A DNA stretch of 64,000 bases. Source: Candidatus Poribacteria bacterium. GTDB taxonomy: Bacteria; Poribacteria; WGA-4E; PCPOR2b. The position numbers and the translations under genes are program-made. The notes beneath the pieces are model-generated. The model saw only the letters and a program-made list of their open reading frames with translations, had not been told where the DNA came from and searched no databases. Shown here in pieces: positions 39,991 to 51,274 of the stretch; the stretch's first letter is position 1; every line of letters starts with the position of its first letter. The DNA lies in NCBI GenBank assembly GCA_965116925.1, contig OZ220744.1, forward strand, positions 4,064,001-4,128,000. Direction: 5' to 3'.

Positions 39991-41118
39991 ATGAAAATTG
40001 ACAAAATCGAATCCTTTTTCATCGGTGGTGGTTACGTGGTTCGCATTCACACCGATAACGGTATCAGTGGCATCGGTCAGACCGCCTGCTGGGGCTATCC
40101 CGAAGCGGTCGACAGAATCGTCGCAACCTTTGAAAAGTATCTAATCGGTCAAAACCCCCTGCGCATCGAACATCACTGGCAGTATCTCTACCGCATGGGT
40201 CCGTTTCGCGGCACCGCCCTCTGTGGTGCGATCAGTGCGGTAGATATTGCGTTGTGGGACATCAAAGGTAAGCATTTCGGTGCACCGGTATGGGAGTTAT
40301 TGGGTGGGAATTGTCGCGACAAGATTCGCCTACATCTTATGGCGGGTGGATCGACTCCGGAGACAATGTTTCAGAGCGCGAAAGATGCGGTGGAAGAAGG
40401 ATTCACTGCGCTGAAGTTTGATCCGGTAATCGGTGGCTATCAGGATATGGCGTTGGATCGCTTGGTCAAGACCGCTCGCGATCTGGTTGCAGCGGCGCGA
40501 GAGGGAGGTGGTCCCGATCTCGACCTCATCGTCGAGGTCCATCGCAAACTCACGCCGATGAATGGGATTGTCTTGGCAGAAGCGTTGACACCTTTTAATA
40601 TTTACTTCCTTGAGGATCCCATCCAGATTGACAGCATTGTGTCGCAGGCGGAACTTGCCAAACGGATGACCGTTCCCTTGGGGAATGGTGAACGTCTGAC
40701 GACGATCTGGGAATTTCGTGAATTGCTCGCTGCGGGTGGACCTCAGTATGTCCGACCGGATGTGGCGTTGGCGGGCGGATTGACCCAATGCAAAAAGATC
40801 GCTGCAATCGCTGAATCGTACCACAGTGCAGTTGTTACGCACAATTTCTTGGGACCGTTGGTTACGACAGCTTCGTTACACCTCGACGCGAGTATCCCGA
40901 ACTTCATCACCCAGGAGTACACCAAGGGCGACGAATCACCCGACAATGCGGTTTATAAAACGTGCTATCAGCGTGAGGGCGGTTATATTCCCATTCCCGA
41001 AGCACCGGGACTTGGCGTGGAATTGGACGATAGTCTGATAGAGCAGAGACCCTACCAGCCGATGAACACCGGTCAGACTCTGTTGAGGAAAGATGGTTCG
41101 GTCGCTTATGCTGTATGA
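39991..41118 (+). CDS. Mandelate racemase/enolase superfamily dehydratase (galactonate dehydratase-like)
   Basis: SAVDIALWDIKGK, KFD, EVH, EDP, GERL, PGLGVELD. Confidence 0.85.
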   Translation: MKIDKIESFFIGGGYVVRIHTDNGISGIGQTACWGYPEAVDRIVATFEKYLIGQNPLRIEHHWQYLYRMGPFRGTALCGAISAVDIALWDIKGKHFGAPVWELLGGNCRDKIRLHLMAGGSTPETMFQSAKDAVEEGFTALKFDPVIGGYQDMALDRLVKTARDLVAAAREGGGPDLDLIVEVHRKLTPMNGIVLAEALTPFNIYFLEDPIQIDSIVSQAELAKRMTVPLGNGERLTTIWEFRELLAAGGPQYVRPDVALAGGLTQCKKIAAIAESYHSAVVTHNFLGPLVTTASLHLDASIPNFITQEYTKGDESPDNAVYKTCYQREGGYIPIPEAPGLGVELDDSLIEQRPYQPMNTGQTLLRKDGSVAYAV

Positions 41119-41193
41119 CGGATAAGCGGTTAGGATACCACTTCCCGATTTATCGGGATACTGTTTCCAACTGTGCCTATGCGGTGCGGTTGA

Positions 41194-41717
41194 ATGAAAA
41201 TTAAAAAAACAGTTCGGTAATTTGCTAGCGACACCGGCGCGGTTGAAAACCGCGCCTACCGTATGTTTCGAGGAAAATAGGGATTACCGATTTATAGTGG
41301 ACCTTAGAATTAATGAAACACTCCAAATCGGTGCGGTTACATGAAGATAAAAAAACAGTTCGGTAATTTGCTAGCGACACCGGCGCGGTTGAAAACCGCG
41401 CCTACCGTGTGTTTCGAGGAAAATCGAGATTACCGATTTAAATACTTAAATCTCATCAAACCGCACCTACCAAGTGAGGGGCGAAAGTGTATATTTATTT
41501 TTAGAATTCACTATAAATACTTTAGGACTTACGCAGTTGAATGGTCAAAGCCTTGTAGTTCGGCGATTCATCACCGCAGGATACTGTTTCTCATACCCGA
41601 TGAATCGGGCAACTACAGTATCCCCCTCTATCCCCCCGCAAGCAGGGGGAGGGAAGAACGCGCAATGAATTGCGCTACTACAAACCGAAGGGCGTAACTC
41701 CTATACTTAAACTTCAT
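41194..41717. mobile_element. Composite nest: MITE B (41194-41717) containing MITE C (41295-41513, itself containing MITE B 41341-41456) and MITE A (41523-41703)
   Basis: Duplications readable for every layer: A (1 bp), TA, C (1 bp), TACTT (5 bp). Confidence 0.9.
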
Positions 41718-41798
41718 AAAACCGCACCTACCGGCCCCGATAATTAGTTTACCCCGATTTATCGGAGGGATCGAAATCGAGGGGGCGAAAGTGTATAT

Positions 41799-42515
41799 TT
41801 ATTTTTCAGATTCACTATAAATGCCCAACAGATCTGGCAACGCATGTAAGGTCTGGATGGTCTCTCCCCATTGTCCAGTCTGCGTTCCATCTCTGTCTAG
41901 GAGAATCGCACGGATGCCGGCGGCGTGCGCTCCCATGATGTCTGCCTCGAAGGAATCTCCGACGTGAACTGCTTCTTCTGGGGAAACACCAACGGCATTC
42001 AAAGCGTATTCAAAAATGGCTGCGTCCGGTTTGGCACTCCGTACCCGCTGATCATGGGAGGCGACGATTACCTCAAAATAGGGGGCAAGTCCAAGTCCTT
42101 CAACCATGGCGTGTAAGGGCGTATCCCAGTTGGAAATGATCCCCATCTTTAGGTTCATCTGCTGCAATCGGTCTAAAGTTGGCAAGACATCTTCGTAAAG
42201 CGTGGCGTTGTTACGAGAAAATAGGGCGTGTTCGTATTGCAAAACTTCCCACGCAATCTGATCTATATGTTCGTGCACTCCCAATTTTTTAAGAAAAACG
42301 CAGCAGGCATCAAGTTGTCTGAATATTGTATCTCGTATGTTATCTGTCGGTTTTGAGGCTTCATACGCTTCGGTTAGAATTGCCCGCGCTTCGTCGTAGA
42401 CAGACCAATCTAGACGCAGTTGATACCTATCGCCAATTTTACGAGTAGTTACACGCAGCGGCTGCGTCCAAAAGATGAGTGTCGCAAAGAAATCGAAGAA
42501 AACGGTTTTTGTCAT
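41799..42515 (-). CDS. HAD-superfamily hydrolase (C-terminus supplied by a MITE C end)
   Basis: FFDFFATL motif I, ISNWD, KPD, HVGD...D. Confidence 0.9.
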   Translation of the reverse strand: MTKTVFFDFFATLIFWTQPLRVTTRKIGDRYQLRLDWSVYDEARAILTEAYEASKPTDNIRDTIFRQLDACCVFLKKLGVHEHIDQIAWEVLQYEHALFSRNNATLYEDVLPTLDRLQQMNLKMGIISNWDTPLHAMVEGLGLAPYFEVIVASHDQRVRSAKPDAAIFEYALNAVGVSPEEAVHVGDSFEADIMGAHAAGIRAILLDRDGTQTGQWGETIQTLHALPDLLGIYSESEK

Positions 42516-42557
42516 TGAAGTTCTCTATTATATGGACGAAATTTGGTTATACATCAT

Positions 42558-42649
42558 GCCTCAAATAAAAAGAAAGTGCAAAGCACGAAGAGAAACCGAG
42601 TTTTCAAGAAAAAACTCGGTTTCTGTTGCATGATTTCTTAACATGAGCA
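42558..42649. mobile_element. MITE family D
   Basis: Exact 8-bp TSD TACATCAT; internal GAAACCGAGTTTT/AAAACTCGGTTTC hairpin. Confidence 0.85.
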
Positions 42650-42727
42650 TACATCATTTGTCTTTCGACAGCTAAACCCAGAAAAAGTTTACAGTCTTTT
42701 CAAGATACTCAGTTGAGGAGGTTTTCT

Positions 42728-44071
42728 ATGATACCGTGGATTTTTGTCCATAGCCCGCTTGAACATTGGCTGCCCGACTACCGACGGACATTCGACGCTT
42801 GGGAGGATGGGGGTGTGCGTGGCATCGTGTTCGGTTACTTGCAGTTCATGCAGGATGACGGCACAACGATTCGGACCTTTGCACCTGACCCGGAGGTATA
42901 CAGATCATTTGGGGTGAGTCCACCGCCGGAGGCACCGCGTGATTTGGAGAAAGCGAAACAGCTGCACGCCATGTTGGACGATGCTGCCTCACGCGATTGG
43001 CATATTATGACCTTCAGCGTCCCCGGCGGCGGTGGGACGCGACCGTTGGAGGAAGATCCTTATGGTGCGGTGGGATTTGCCGCCAGCGTTCAGGATACGA
43101 TGAACGCCTACCCGCAAGCGCACGGTGTTATCATTGATGGTCCGGGGGAACAGCACTACGAATTAGCCTTCCATCACGGTGGGGAATTGCTTGAGATCCG
43201 TGAGCATGAGCGGCATCGTTTCGCGGCTTTAGGGAAGGACATCCCCCGTTTGGAGCGAGGTATCGCACACTTATGGGAACGGCTTCACAACCTGACGCCG
43301 TCTCTGGTACGGTATCAGGCGCCGGGTGGAATGCTGGCAGCACTGACACTATTTGATATCAATGAGGATGTGCTTTACTGGTTGCGGACCCGTCAAGAAA
43401 CTGCCTTGGGTTATATGCAGGCTGTACGCGCCCAACTCGACCAGTTGGAGTGTAAAGTGGAATTGGGTGGTATCCCGCGCACGGCGACCTTTTCTTCGCT
43501 CACCGGACAGAACTATCAACAGATGGCGTCGCTTTTCGACTACATCTTCCCTAAGCACTATTTCTGGCACCGGGGCTTTGATGGGATGTACGGAACGATT
43601 GCCCGTTGGGTGCAGATACTTTCTGAGTGGAATCCCACGTTGACGGAAGCGGATTGCTTTGCGGTGGTAACATCGTTATTTGGTATTGACCTGCCGGGCG
43701 TTCACTCGTTGATGGATATGGAGATGGGGTTCCCGGAGGAGTTCTTCTCGGAGGTTGTGTGGAGCGAAACGCAACGTGCGTTAGAGGCTATCGGGGACGA
43801 TGATAAGGTCGTCGCTTGGGTGTCTACGGGGCGCAGTCCGCACGCTGGCGACGCGATGACGGCAAGAGATCTTCATAACATCTTGGCAACCTCCGAACGG
43901 GCAGGGCTGAAGCGATTTCTGTTTCACCCAGATCCAGACCTCGGTGCGGCGGAATGGCGGGTGATTTCGGGGTTGTGCGGGAATTTGTGGCGGGAAGACC
44001 CCAACGGATATTGGCCCTCTGACACTCAGAAGCCGGATGCGTTCAGCGGTGGTAGAAAACCGTCACGCTGA
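42728..44071 (+). CDS. Hypothetical protein (possible TIM-barrel)
   Basis: Long ORF, GAGGAGG RBS, apparently co-transcribed with oxidoreductase; no family recognised. Confidence 0.7.
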   Translation: MIPWIFVHSPLEHWLPDYRRTFDAWEDGGVRGIVFGYLQFMQDDGTTIRTFAPDPEVYRSFGVSPPPEAPRDLEKAKQLHAMLDDAASRDWHIMTFSVPGGGGTRPLEEDPYGAVGFAASVQDTMNAYPQAHGVIIDGPGEQHYELAFHHGGELLEIREHERHRFAALGKDIPRLERGIAHLWERLHNLTPSLVRYQAPGGMLAALTLFDINEDVLYWLRTRQETALGYMQAVRAQLDQLECKVELGGIPRTATFSSLTGQNYQQMASLFDYIFPKHYFWHRGFDGMYGTIARWVQILSEWNPTLTEADCFAVVTSLFGIDLPGVHSLMDMEMGFPEEFFSEVVWSETQRALEAIGDDDKVVAWVSTGRSPHAGDAMTARDLHNILATSERAGLKRFLFHPDPDLGAAEWRVISGLCGNLWREDPNGYWPSDTQKPDAFSGGRKPSR

Positions 44072-44089
44072 AGGAGTTGAATTGGGAAA

Positions 44090-45178
44090 ATGAATAAGTA
44101 TAGAGTTGCGGTTGTCGGTGGGGCGGGAACTTGGGGGAGCAGGTATCTACACGCCTACGCCACCCATCCAGCCTGCGAAATTATTGCATTGGTTGACCGT
44201 GCCAAAGACCGCAGACAGACTTTCGCTGACCGATACAGCGTTGAAGTTGTCTTTGATTCGTTAGATGATCTGTTAGCGAGAGAAGTTCCCGACATCGTTT
44301 CGGCGATTCTCCCGACTTCGCACAATCCTGATGTGGTGATCGCCTGCGCTGAGGCTGGCGTCAAGGTGGTCTCATGCGAAAAACCGATAGCGGTTGAACT
44401 GTCTCAGGCGGATGCGATGGTGCGTATTTGTCGTGAGCGGGGCACCGTTTTCAGTTGCGGTAGTGTCTACTCAGGTGTTCCGTATCTGTTAGAGACAATT
44501 GATTGGATCGGTGCCGGGAATATCGGCAAGCTTACCGCTGCTGCGATTCCGAGTGGATTGCCACGTGAAGTATCGGGCGGGGGCTGCGTTCAACTGACGC
44601 TGCTTCCGTTGCTCACCGGTATGGAGGTGGAATGGGTCGAAGGTTGGACGTTACCGCCGGACTTGGACTGGATGCCGCCGGTTGATGTTTCTGCGTCGGA
44701 GATTGACTGTCCCGCCTATGGTCGTCTGGGGTTGTCCAACGGCATCGTCTGTGAGATTCCTGTGCCACCGACCGAACCGGGTGGATCCTGTCCGGTCATG
44801 GTCGCGGGGGAGAATGGGCAGGTGTGGATGACCGGTCCTAAGCCTGTGTTTATTCAAGGAAGCGGTGCAGCTTCGACTCCGGTTTACCCTGATTTTCTTG
44901 ACACCCCTTCACCCGACGACTTCTTTACGCGCCGGATTGAGTGGCTCATGCAGGCGTTTGATACGGGTCGGGATGTGCTGGACAGTGGGCATGGATATCG
45001 TCAAGCGTTGGAAATTGCGATTGCGCTGAAGCAATCTACCGAGGGTGGACACCGACGGATTTCTTTGCCGTTGGCGGATCGCTCGTTGCGGATAGTTCCG
45101 CATCCCTATCGACTGTTGGGGGGTGATGTGGCGGGTTGGGAGAGTATTGGCTATAGGGGTCCGCCGAACGCTGAGTAG
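44090..45178 (+). CDS. Gfo/Idh/MocA family oxidoreductase
   Basis: VAVVGGAG, CEKPIA motif. Confidence 0.9.
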   Translation: MNKYRVAVVGGAGTWGSRYLHAYATHPACEIIALVDRAKDRRQTFADRYSVEVVFDSLDDLLAREVPDIVSAILPTSHNPDVVIACAEAGVKVVSCEKPIAVELSQADAMVRICRERGTVFSCGSVYSGVPYLLETIDWIGAGNIGKLTAAAIPSGLPREVSGGGCVQLTLLPLLTGMEVEWVEGWTLPPDLDWMPPVDVSASEIDCPAYGRLGLSNGIVCEIPVPPTEPGGSCPVMVAGENGQVWMTGPKPVFIQGSGAASTPVYPDFLDTPSPDDFFTRRIEWLMQAFDTGRDVLDSGHGYRQALEIAIALKQSTEGGHRRISLPLADRSLRIVPHPYRLLGGDVAGWESIGYRGPPNAE

Positions 45179-45347
45179 ATTTATGGGATAGGTGTGAGGA
45201 GGTTCAGGGTGCACGTTCAATCCAGCCTACGGACTGATATAGTTGTCTGAATCGCGGATTAAACTGATGACGCGGATTGCGCGGATTATTGTTTGCGTGG
45301 ATTATTGTCTGAATCAGGATTTAAGGATTAGCAGGATAAGAACTACT

Positions 45348-47456
45348 ATGAAATCTCCGTTCTCTCGTCTTCTCGTTTTCCCGTCCTCCCATTTTCTGAT
45401 TTTTGCCGTCGTGGCAACCCTTCTCATATCCCAAGCAGCTGCTCAAGTGGTAGAAATCCCCGACCCAAACCTTGAAAGCGTCATCAGGGAAACTCTGAAT
45501 ATCCCCGACAACAGTCCTATCACCCAGCAGGAGATGTTACGACTTACCAAACTCAATGCAAGACAGAAACAGATAGCAGATCTAACAGGTTTAGAATATG
45601 CTATCAATATAAGATCGCTTATCCTTCCGCACAACAACATAAGCAACCTTAACCCACTGGCAAACCTAACCAAGTTAGATCATCTAGGGTTGTGGGTAAA
45701 TCCGATTTCAGATTTATCTCCACTCCAGAACCTCACCCAATTAAGAGGGCTTGATCTCGCCGGTTGCCGTATCTCAGACCTAACGCCTTTATCTCAGCTA
45801 ATACGATTACAATGGCTGACCCTCCAGTGGCAACAAGACACATGGATAACTGACATCACGCCACTAGCGAATCTAACAAACCTACGTGATGTAAAGTTGA
45901 GTGGCAACCGGATTGTCAATACAAGTCCCCTTGCAAACTTAACCATGTTAGAAATCTTGTGGCTTGATAACAACAGAATCAGTAATCTCAACCCACTCGC
46001 TCAACTGACCCAGTTAACAGAGCTTCGTATTGAGGGTAACTCGATTATTGATTATACTCCACTTGATGAATTGTCCTTGACAGATCTTATTCGTGACGAA
46101 GTTTGTAAACTCCCCGGACTTCCAATCCAAGACCGAATCGAAAATCGCAATCTGCCCGCTATTTTCGCACCCTGGAGAGAGACAATCATTAACCGTCCCG
46201 ATCTATCAAGTGAAGATCGACTGTCATACCACGATTTGTATTGGCAGTATCCTCCTTTCGGACTTCGGTTCAAACTCACCCCACAAGGTTATGAACTCAG
46301 CGGTAACATAGGAGACGCACTATCAAGACGCGATGCGTTACTCGCCAAGACCCCCAACATGCTTATACTCGCTGAAATCCGTGTGCGGGATGCAGATATC
46401 GGTTTTCATTATCCCGAAGATTGGCCACATTGGCTGAGAGATGAGGCAGGAAATCTAGTTAAGAATCCAGAAACGGATTCTGTTTTCTTAATAGATTTCA
46501 GGAAGCCCGAAGTCCAAGACATCATCATTCAAAGAGTCGCTGCTGTTTCACAATGCGGATTATACGACGGCATTTTGATTGATTGGTGGAACGAAGGCAG
46601 CGTTACACTCGCAAGTCCCGACTGGTCTATACACTACACCACCGCAGCAGAAGAATTGGAGATAAAAACCTCACTGCTCAGGCGTATCCGCGCCCAGGTC
46701 CCCAACGATTTTCTGATAATCAGCAATAACAATCGACGCAAACTTCCGTTCTCAGCACCGTACATGAACGGCAGCTTTATGGAAACCTTCCGAGACAGAG
46801 TAAACGGACACTTTGAATATACCCGTGAGGGAATTATCGAAATTGAAGATGCACTCATCTGGTTAGAAGCGAATATGAGAGCACCCCAAATCAACTGCTT
46901 AGAGGGGTGGGGTATCCCAACCGAATCGCCAGACAGCCCGAATAATCGGCGATGGATGCGTCTCTTTACCACCATGAGTCTCACGTTGTCCGACGGGTAT
47001 GTGCTTTATAACGTCGGGTGGGACAGGACTCAATCTTTCCCCGGACACCACCATCACTGGTATCCGTTTTGGGATGCGAATCTCGGACAACCCGCCGGAC
47101 CCACCGCACAACGCTATCAAAACATCGAGGGATTGTATATTCGAGAGTTCACCAACGGTTGGGCTGTGTATAACCGCAGTGGTAAAGCCCAAACCATCTC
47201 TCTGCTAGCATCTGCTACCCCTGTCTCCGATAGGGGAAACAACGCTGTATCTCAGACCCACCTCCTCCCTGACCTTGACGGCGAAATGTATCTCAAAGCC
47301 AAAAATCCCGCTGATGTCAACGGCGATGGAAAAGTCAACATTTTGGATTTGGTACAGGTCGCCAACGGACTCGGTAAATCCGCTCCAGACCCCAATGGTG
47401 ATGGCGTGGTCAACATTCTCGATTTGGTCTTTGTCGCCCAAGCCTTCAGCCAGTAG
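45348..47456 (+). CDS. Secreted internalin-type LRR + putative glycoside-hydrolase-like domain + dockerin-like protein
   Basis: IPDPNL cap, ~8 LRRs (L..N.ISDL.PL..LT.L), DG..ID TIM-like region, DVNGDGKVNILDLV duplicated. Confidence 0.8.
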   Translation: MKSPFSRLLVFPSSHFLIFAVVATLLISQAAAQVVEIPDPNLESVIRETLNIPDNSPITQQEMLRLTKLNARQKQIADLTGLEYAINIRSLILPHNNISNLNPLANLTKLDHLGLWVNPISDLSPLQNLTQLRGLDLAGCRISDLTPLSQLIRLQWLTLQWQQDTWITDITPLANLTNLRDVKLSGNRIVNTSPLANLTMLEILWLDNNRISNLNPLAQLTQLTELRIEGNSIIDYTPLDELSLTDLIRDEVCKLPGLPIQDRIENRNLPAIFAPWRETIINRPDLSSEDRLSYHDLYWQYPPFGLRFKLTPQGYELSGNIGDALSRRDALLAKTPNMLILAEIRVRDADIGFHYPEDWPHWLRDEAGNLVKNPETDSVFLIDFRKPEVQDIIIQRVAAVSQCGLYDGILIDWWNEGSVTLASPDWSIHYTTAAEELEIKTSLLRRIRAQVPNDFLIISNNNRRKLPFSAPYMNGSFMETFRDRVNGHFEYTREGIIEIEDALIWLEANMRAPQINCLEGWGIPTESPDSPNNRRWMRLFTTMSLTLSDGYVLYNVGWDRTQSFPGHHHHWYPFWDANLGQPAGPTAQRYQNIEGLYIREFTNGWAVYNRSGKAQTISLLASATPVSDRGNNAVSQTHLLPDLDGEMYLKAKNPADVNGDGKVNILDLVQVANGLGKSAPDPNGDGVVNILDLVFVAQAFSQ

Positions 47457-47840
47457 TATCACGTCTCTTTGCCTTCCTCCCACCATCAAAACGGATTCGT
47501 AACGCTATTCGCAAAACAATTTCTTCCATCTACCACCTGAAATCTGATATAATGGACGACTAAAACGTGAAACGTGAGAAGAAGGCTCTTGCCGTGTTCT
47601 GTACCTGAATCTGGATTTGGGGGATTTATACATCAGTCGCTCCACGATTGATTGAACTGACGAACCCGATACATAGCACTCCGCTGGAGTGCGGGGATTG
47701 GACGCATTGCTTTTCTATAGACATATCGCTCCTCTGGAGCGAAGGGAAGAGTACTTCAGCTTTAACGGAAAAACCGATGGATTTGCAATAGGTGGCATTT
47801 AGGTTAATTATAATTGATACTTTTGAAGGAGATACAAATA

Positions 47841-48431
47841 ATGGAAGCATTTAAGGAACATGTTGGACTTGCAGCACCGTTGAATCGGTTGAATGTAGAC
47901 ACCGATCAGATTATTCCTAAGCAGTTTCTCAAACGGATTGAACGTACCGGTTTTGGACAGTTTCTGTTTTATGACTGGCGGTTTCACGATAATGGAGATC
48001 CGAATCCGGACTTTGTCCTGAATGATCCCCGTTATCAGGAGGCGAGTATTCTGGTTGCTGGGGCGAACTTTGGCTGCGGCAGTTCGCGGGAACATGCGCC
48101 GTGGGCGTTGCAACAGTACGGGTTCAAGGCAGTTATCGCGCCTTCATTCGCAGACATCTTTCGTAACAACTGCTACAAAAATGGCCTCCTACCCATCGCT
48201 CTGTCGGACGATGTGATTACTGGCCTGATGAAGCAGATCGAAGCACAGGAAGGATATAGGTTGATGATTGATTTGGAGGCGCAGCAGGTGGTTCAGCCTG
48301 ACGGGACCGCACACCCCTTTGAAATCGGTGATTTTGAGAAGCATTGTTTGTTGAATGGCTTGGATGAGATTGGCTGGACGTTGCAATTTGATGAGCAAAT
48401 CTCAGCGTATGAAGGGCGAATCGGAGATTAG
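47841..48431 (+). CDS. leuD: 3-isopropylmalate dehydratase small subunit
   Basis: [33 protein letters not shown]. Confidence 0.97.
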   Translation: MEAFKEHVGLAAPLNRLNVDTDQIIPKQFLKRIERTGFGQFLFYDWRFHDNGDPNPDFVLNDPRYQEASILVAGANFGCGSSREHAPWALQQYGFKAVIAPSFADIFRNNCYKNGLLPIALSDDVITGLMKQIEAQEGYRLMIDLEAQQVVQPDGTAHPFEIGDFEKHCLLNGLDEIGWTLQFDEQISAYEGRIGD

Positions 48432-48594
48432 TATAATCTAATTGGTGCATTTGTTCATTTCACAAGCTGGGAACCCTGATTTCATTGAGGCAGGCTCTAC
48501 GGTACGATCACAGATTAGGAAATCTGTGGCTACGAGGGAGGACGGCATACGGAGCCCCGATAAAATCGGGCCTGGAGTGTGGGAGGAGAGCTCT

Positions 48595-51123
48595 ATGACT
48601 GAAAAACAGGTTACACTGCCCATAACAGGGATGCACTGTACAAACTGTTCGGAAACCGTCGCCCGTGAGCTAGGGAAATTAGAAGGTGTGAGCGCGGCAA
48701 ATGTCAACTACGCCACCGAGAGAGCAACGGTCGCTTTTAACCCATCTGTACTGGATGAAAATGTCATCATTGAGAGAATTAAAGACAGCGGCTACGGGGT
48801 GGCGATAGGCGCAATCGAATTGCCGATCACGGGGATGCACTGTGTCAACTGTGCCGCGAGCGTCGAAAAGGCACTTAACACGCTGCAACCGGGCGTGGTC
48901 TCTGCGACAGTAAATTTCGCTACAGAGAAGGCACAGATAACATATCTCCCCGGTCAAGTGACTCCCACCGATCTTATTTCTGCCGTTGAAGGGGCAGGCT
49001 ACGGTGTCGTCGAAGCGGATCCCGATCAGCAACTAGAAGATGTTGAGCAGGCTGCCCGCAAAGCCGAAATCGACGAACAGACGCGGAAGTTTTGGACTGG
49101 TGCCGCTTTTTCCCTCCCGCTCTTTATTTTTAGCATGGCTCGCGACTTTGCGCTATTAGGGACTTGGTCTGACGCCCTTTGGGGCAACTGGTTGATGTTT
49201 GTTCTTGCCACGCCGGTACAATTTTACGTAGGGTGGGACTACTACACAGGTGGCTTCAAAGCGTTACGCAACGGTGCTGCCAACATGGACGTGTTAGTTG
49301 CGATAGGGTCGTCCGCTGCCTTCTTTTACAGCTTGCCTGTCACCGTTGCGTTGACGTTGGGCAGCACTGCCTTAGGCAGCCATGTCTATTTTGAAACTGC
49401 GGCGGTCATAATCACCCTAATCAAACTCGGTAAACTGTTAGAGGTTCGTGCGAAGGATCAGACCAGTGCTGCGATCAAAAAGTTGATGGGTTTGCAAGCG
49501 AACACAGCATGTGTGGTGCGTAACGGTGAAGAGATTGATATTCCCATTGAGCAGGTGGCTGTTGGCGACGTGGTGATCGTACGACCGGGAGAGAGGATTC
49601 CTGTTGATGGAGTTATTGTTGAGGGCAATTCTACTGTTGACGAGAGTATGCTCACCGGAGAGAGCATACCGGTGGATAAGGGAGAGGGTGACCCGGTAAT
49701 TGGTGCGACCATCAATAAACAGGGGCGGCTCAAGCTTGAAGCGCACAAGGTTGGTGCAGAGACCGCGCTCGCACAGATTATCCGACTCGTCCAAGAGGCG
49801 CAGGGGAGCAAAGCACCAATTCAGCGTCTCGCTGATCGGGTGGCGAGTGTTTTTGTGCCCGCTGTCATTGCAATAGCGACTGTGACCCTGCTAGTTTGGT
49901 GGTTTATCATAGACGTTGGTTTTACACCATCAATGATCCGGATGGTAGCGGTATTGGTCATCGCTTGCCCTTGCACACTTGGGCTTGCTACGCCGACTGC
50001 TATTATGGTCGGCACAAGCAGAGGGGCGGAACAGGGGATCCTTTTCAAAGACAGCCAGGCACTTGAACTTGCTCATTCGCTCAAGGTGGTCATTCTTGAT
50101 AAGACTGGCACGATTACGACAGGTGAGCCATCGGTGACGGATGTAGTGATTGCAGAGGGTGACAGGTCAAGCGTTATCACCAAAGCGTTAGGGAATGGGG
50201 GCGAAATAGAAGAGAGACAGAAGGAAGAAGCTGCAATTCTCTGGTTGGCTGCTTCGGCGGAGCGGGGGAGTGAACACCCGATTGGTGAAGCCATCGTACG
50301 AGCGGCGCAGGAACGTGGGCTGTCATTAGCGGAGCCCTCCCGGTTTGAAGCCTTAGCCGGACATGGCATCCTCGCTCAGGTCGAAGAGCATCAGGTCGTC
50401 TTGGGCAACCTCAAGATGATGGGCGAGCAGAATGTCGATCTCAACGATTTGGGAGCTGAAGCGGCGAAGTTACAGGCGGGGGCGAAAAGCGTGATCTGGG
50501 TTGCTGTTGACGGCAAAGCTGCCGGGCTGATCGCTGTGGCGGATACCATCAAACCCGGTTCCAAGGAAGCTATTGATCAGATGCACCGTCTCGGTTTGCA
50601 GGTGGTGATGGTCACCGGCGATAACCGAACTACGGCAGAAAATATCGGCAACGCTCTCGGAATTGATCAGATCCTCGCTGAAGTCCTGCCGGGGGATAAG
50701 GCGGCGGAAGTGAAGAAGCTACAAGGAAACATGGAGGGGGAATCTCAAGCTATCGGAGGTGTGGCGATGGTTGGCGACGGTATTAACGACGCACCGGCAT
50801 TAGCCCAAGCGGATGTGGGCATAGCCATCGGCACAGGCACCGATGTGGCGATGGAAGCGGCTGATGTGACTCTGATAAGCGGTGACCTGCGGTCTGTGCC
50901 ACAAGCGATTGCCCTCAGCAAAGCGACGATGCGCGTTATCAAGCAAAATTTGTTCTGGGCTTTTTTTTACAATGTCCTCCTCATTCCGGTGGCAGCGGGT
51001 GTGCTGCACCCGTTCACCTTCCTGCCGATGATGTTACGGGCACTGCACCCGGTGTTGGCTGCCTGCGCTATGGCTTTTAGCAGTGTGACCGTTGTCTGCA
51101 ATAGTTTACGGATGAAGCGATAA
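48595..51123 (+). CDS. copA: Cu(+)-translocating P1B-type ATPase
   Basis: Two GMHCxxC HMA domains, [24 protein letters not shown] and MAFSS motifs. Confidence 0.93.
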   Translation: MTEKQVTLPITGMHCTNCSETVARELGKLEGVSAANVNYATERATVAFNPSVLDENVIIERIKDSGYGVAIGAIELPITGMHCVNCAASVEKALNTLQPGVVSATVNFATEKAQITYLPGQVTPTDLISAVEGAGYGVVEADPDQQLEDVEQAARKAEIDEQTRKFWTGAAFSLPLFIFSMARDFALLGTWSDALWGNWLMFVLATPVQFYVGWDYYTGGFKALRNGAANMDVLVAIGSSAAFFYSLPVTVALTLGSTALGSHVYFETAAVIITLIKLGKLLEVRAKDQTSAAIKKLMGLQANTACVVRNGEEIDIPIEQVAVGDVVIVRPGERIPVDGVIVEGNSTVDESMLTGESIPVDKGEGDPVIGATINKQGRLKLEAHKVGAETALAQIIRLVQEAQGSKAPIQRLADRVASVFVPAVIAIATVTLLVWWFIIDVGFTPSMIRMVAVLVIACPCTLGLATPTAIMVGTSRGAEQGILFKDSQALELAHSLKVVILDKTGTITTGEPSVTDVVIAEGDRSSVITKALGNGGEIEERQKEEAAILWLAASAERGSEHPIGEAIVRAAQERGLSLAEPSRFEALAGHGILAQVEEHQVVLGNLKMMGEQNVDLNDLGAEAAKLQAGAKSVIWVAVDGKAAGLIAVADTIKPGSKEAIDQMHRLGLQVVMVTGDNRTTAENIGNALGIDQILAEVLPGDKAAEVKKLQGNMEGESQAIGGVAMVGDGINDAPALAQADVGIAIGTGTDVAMEAADVTLISGDLRSVPQAIALSKATMRVIKQNLFWAFFYNVLLIPVAAGVLHPFTFLPMMLRALHPVLAACAMAFSSVTVVCNSLRMKR

Positions 51124-51131
51124 TTGATTTA

Positions 51132-51238
51132 TGGTAGATTTTAGAATTAATTAGACGCTCCCAATCCACAACCAACCCCCTAAATCCCCCTTATCAGGGG
51201 GACTTTGGTAAATGTCTACTTATTTCTCTGATTTACCA
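51132..51238. mobile_element. MITE family C variant with CCCCTAAATCCCCC cargo
   Basis: TA|TGGTAGATTTTAGAATTAAT ... ATTTACCA|TA. Confidence 0.65.
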
Positions 51239-51274
51239 TATTTTGTGAAGGTCCAATACCACAAGGAAACAACC

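Noticed and set aside
41119..41820. Possible CRISPR array (recurrent ~30-bp palindromic repeats)
   Set aside because: No regular repeat-spacer periodicity and no cas genes; fully explained by nested MITEs and REPs.
47841..48431. leuD without adjacent leuC; ABC ATPase (38200) without permease
   Set aside because: Split operons are common; partners may lie elsewhere in the genome.
48442..48594. Extended N-termini for copA (also 45243 for LRR and 51212 for the peptidase)
   Set aside because: The extensions run through repeat DNA; downstream ATGs at 48595, 45348 and 51275 fit RBS or signal-peptide positions better.
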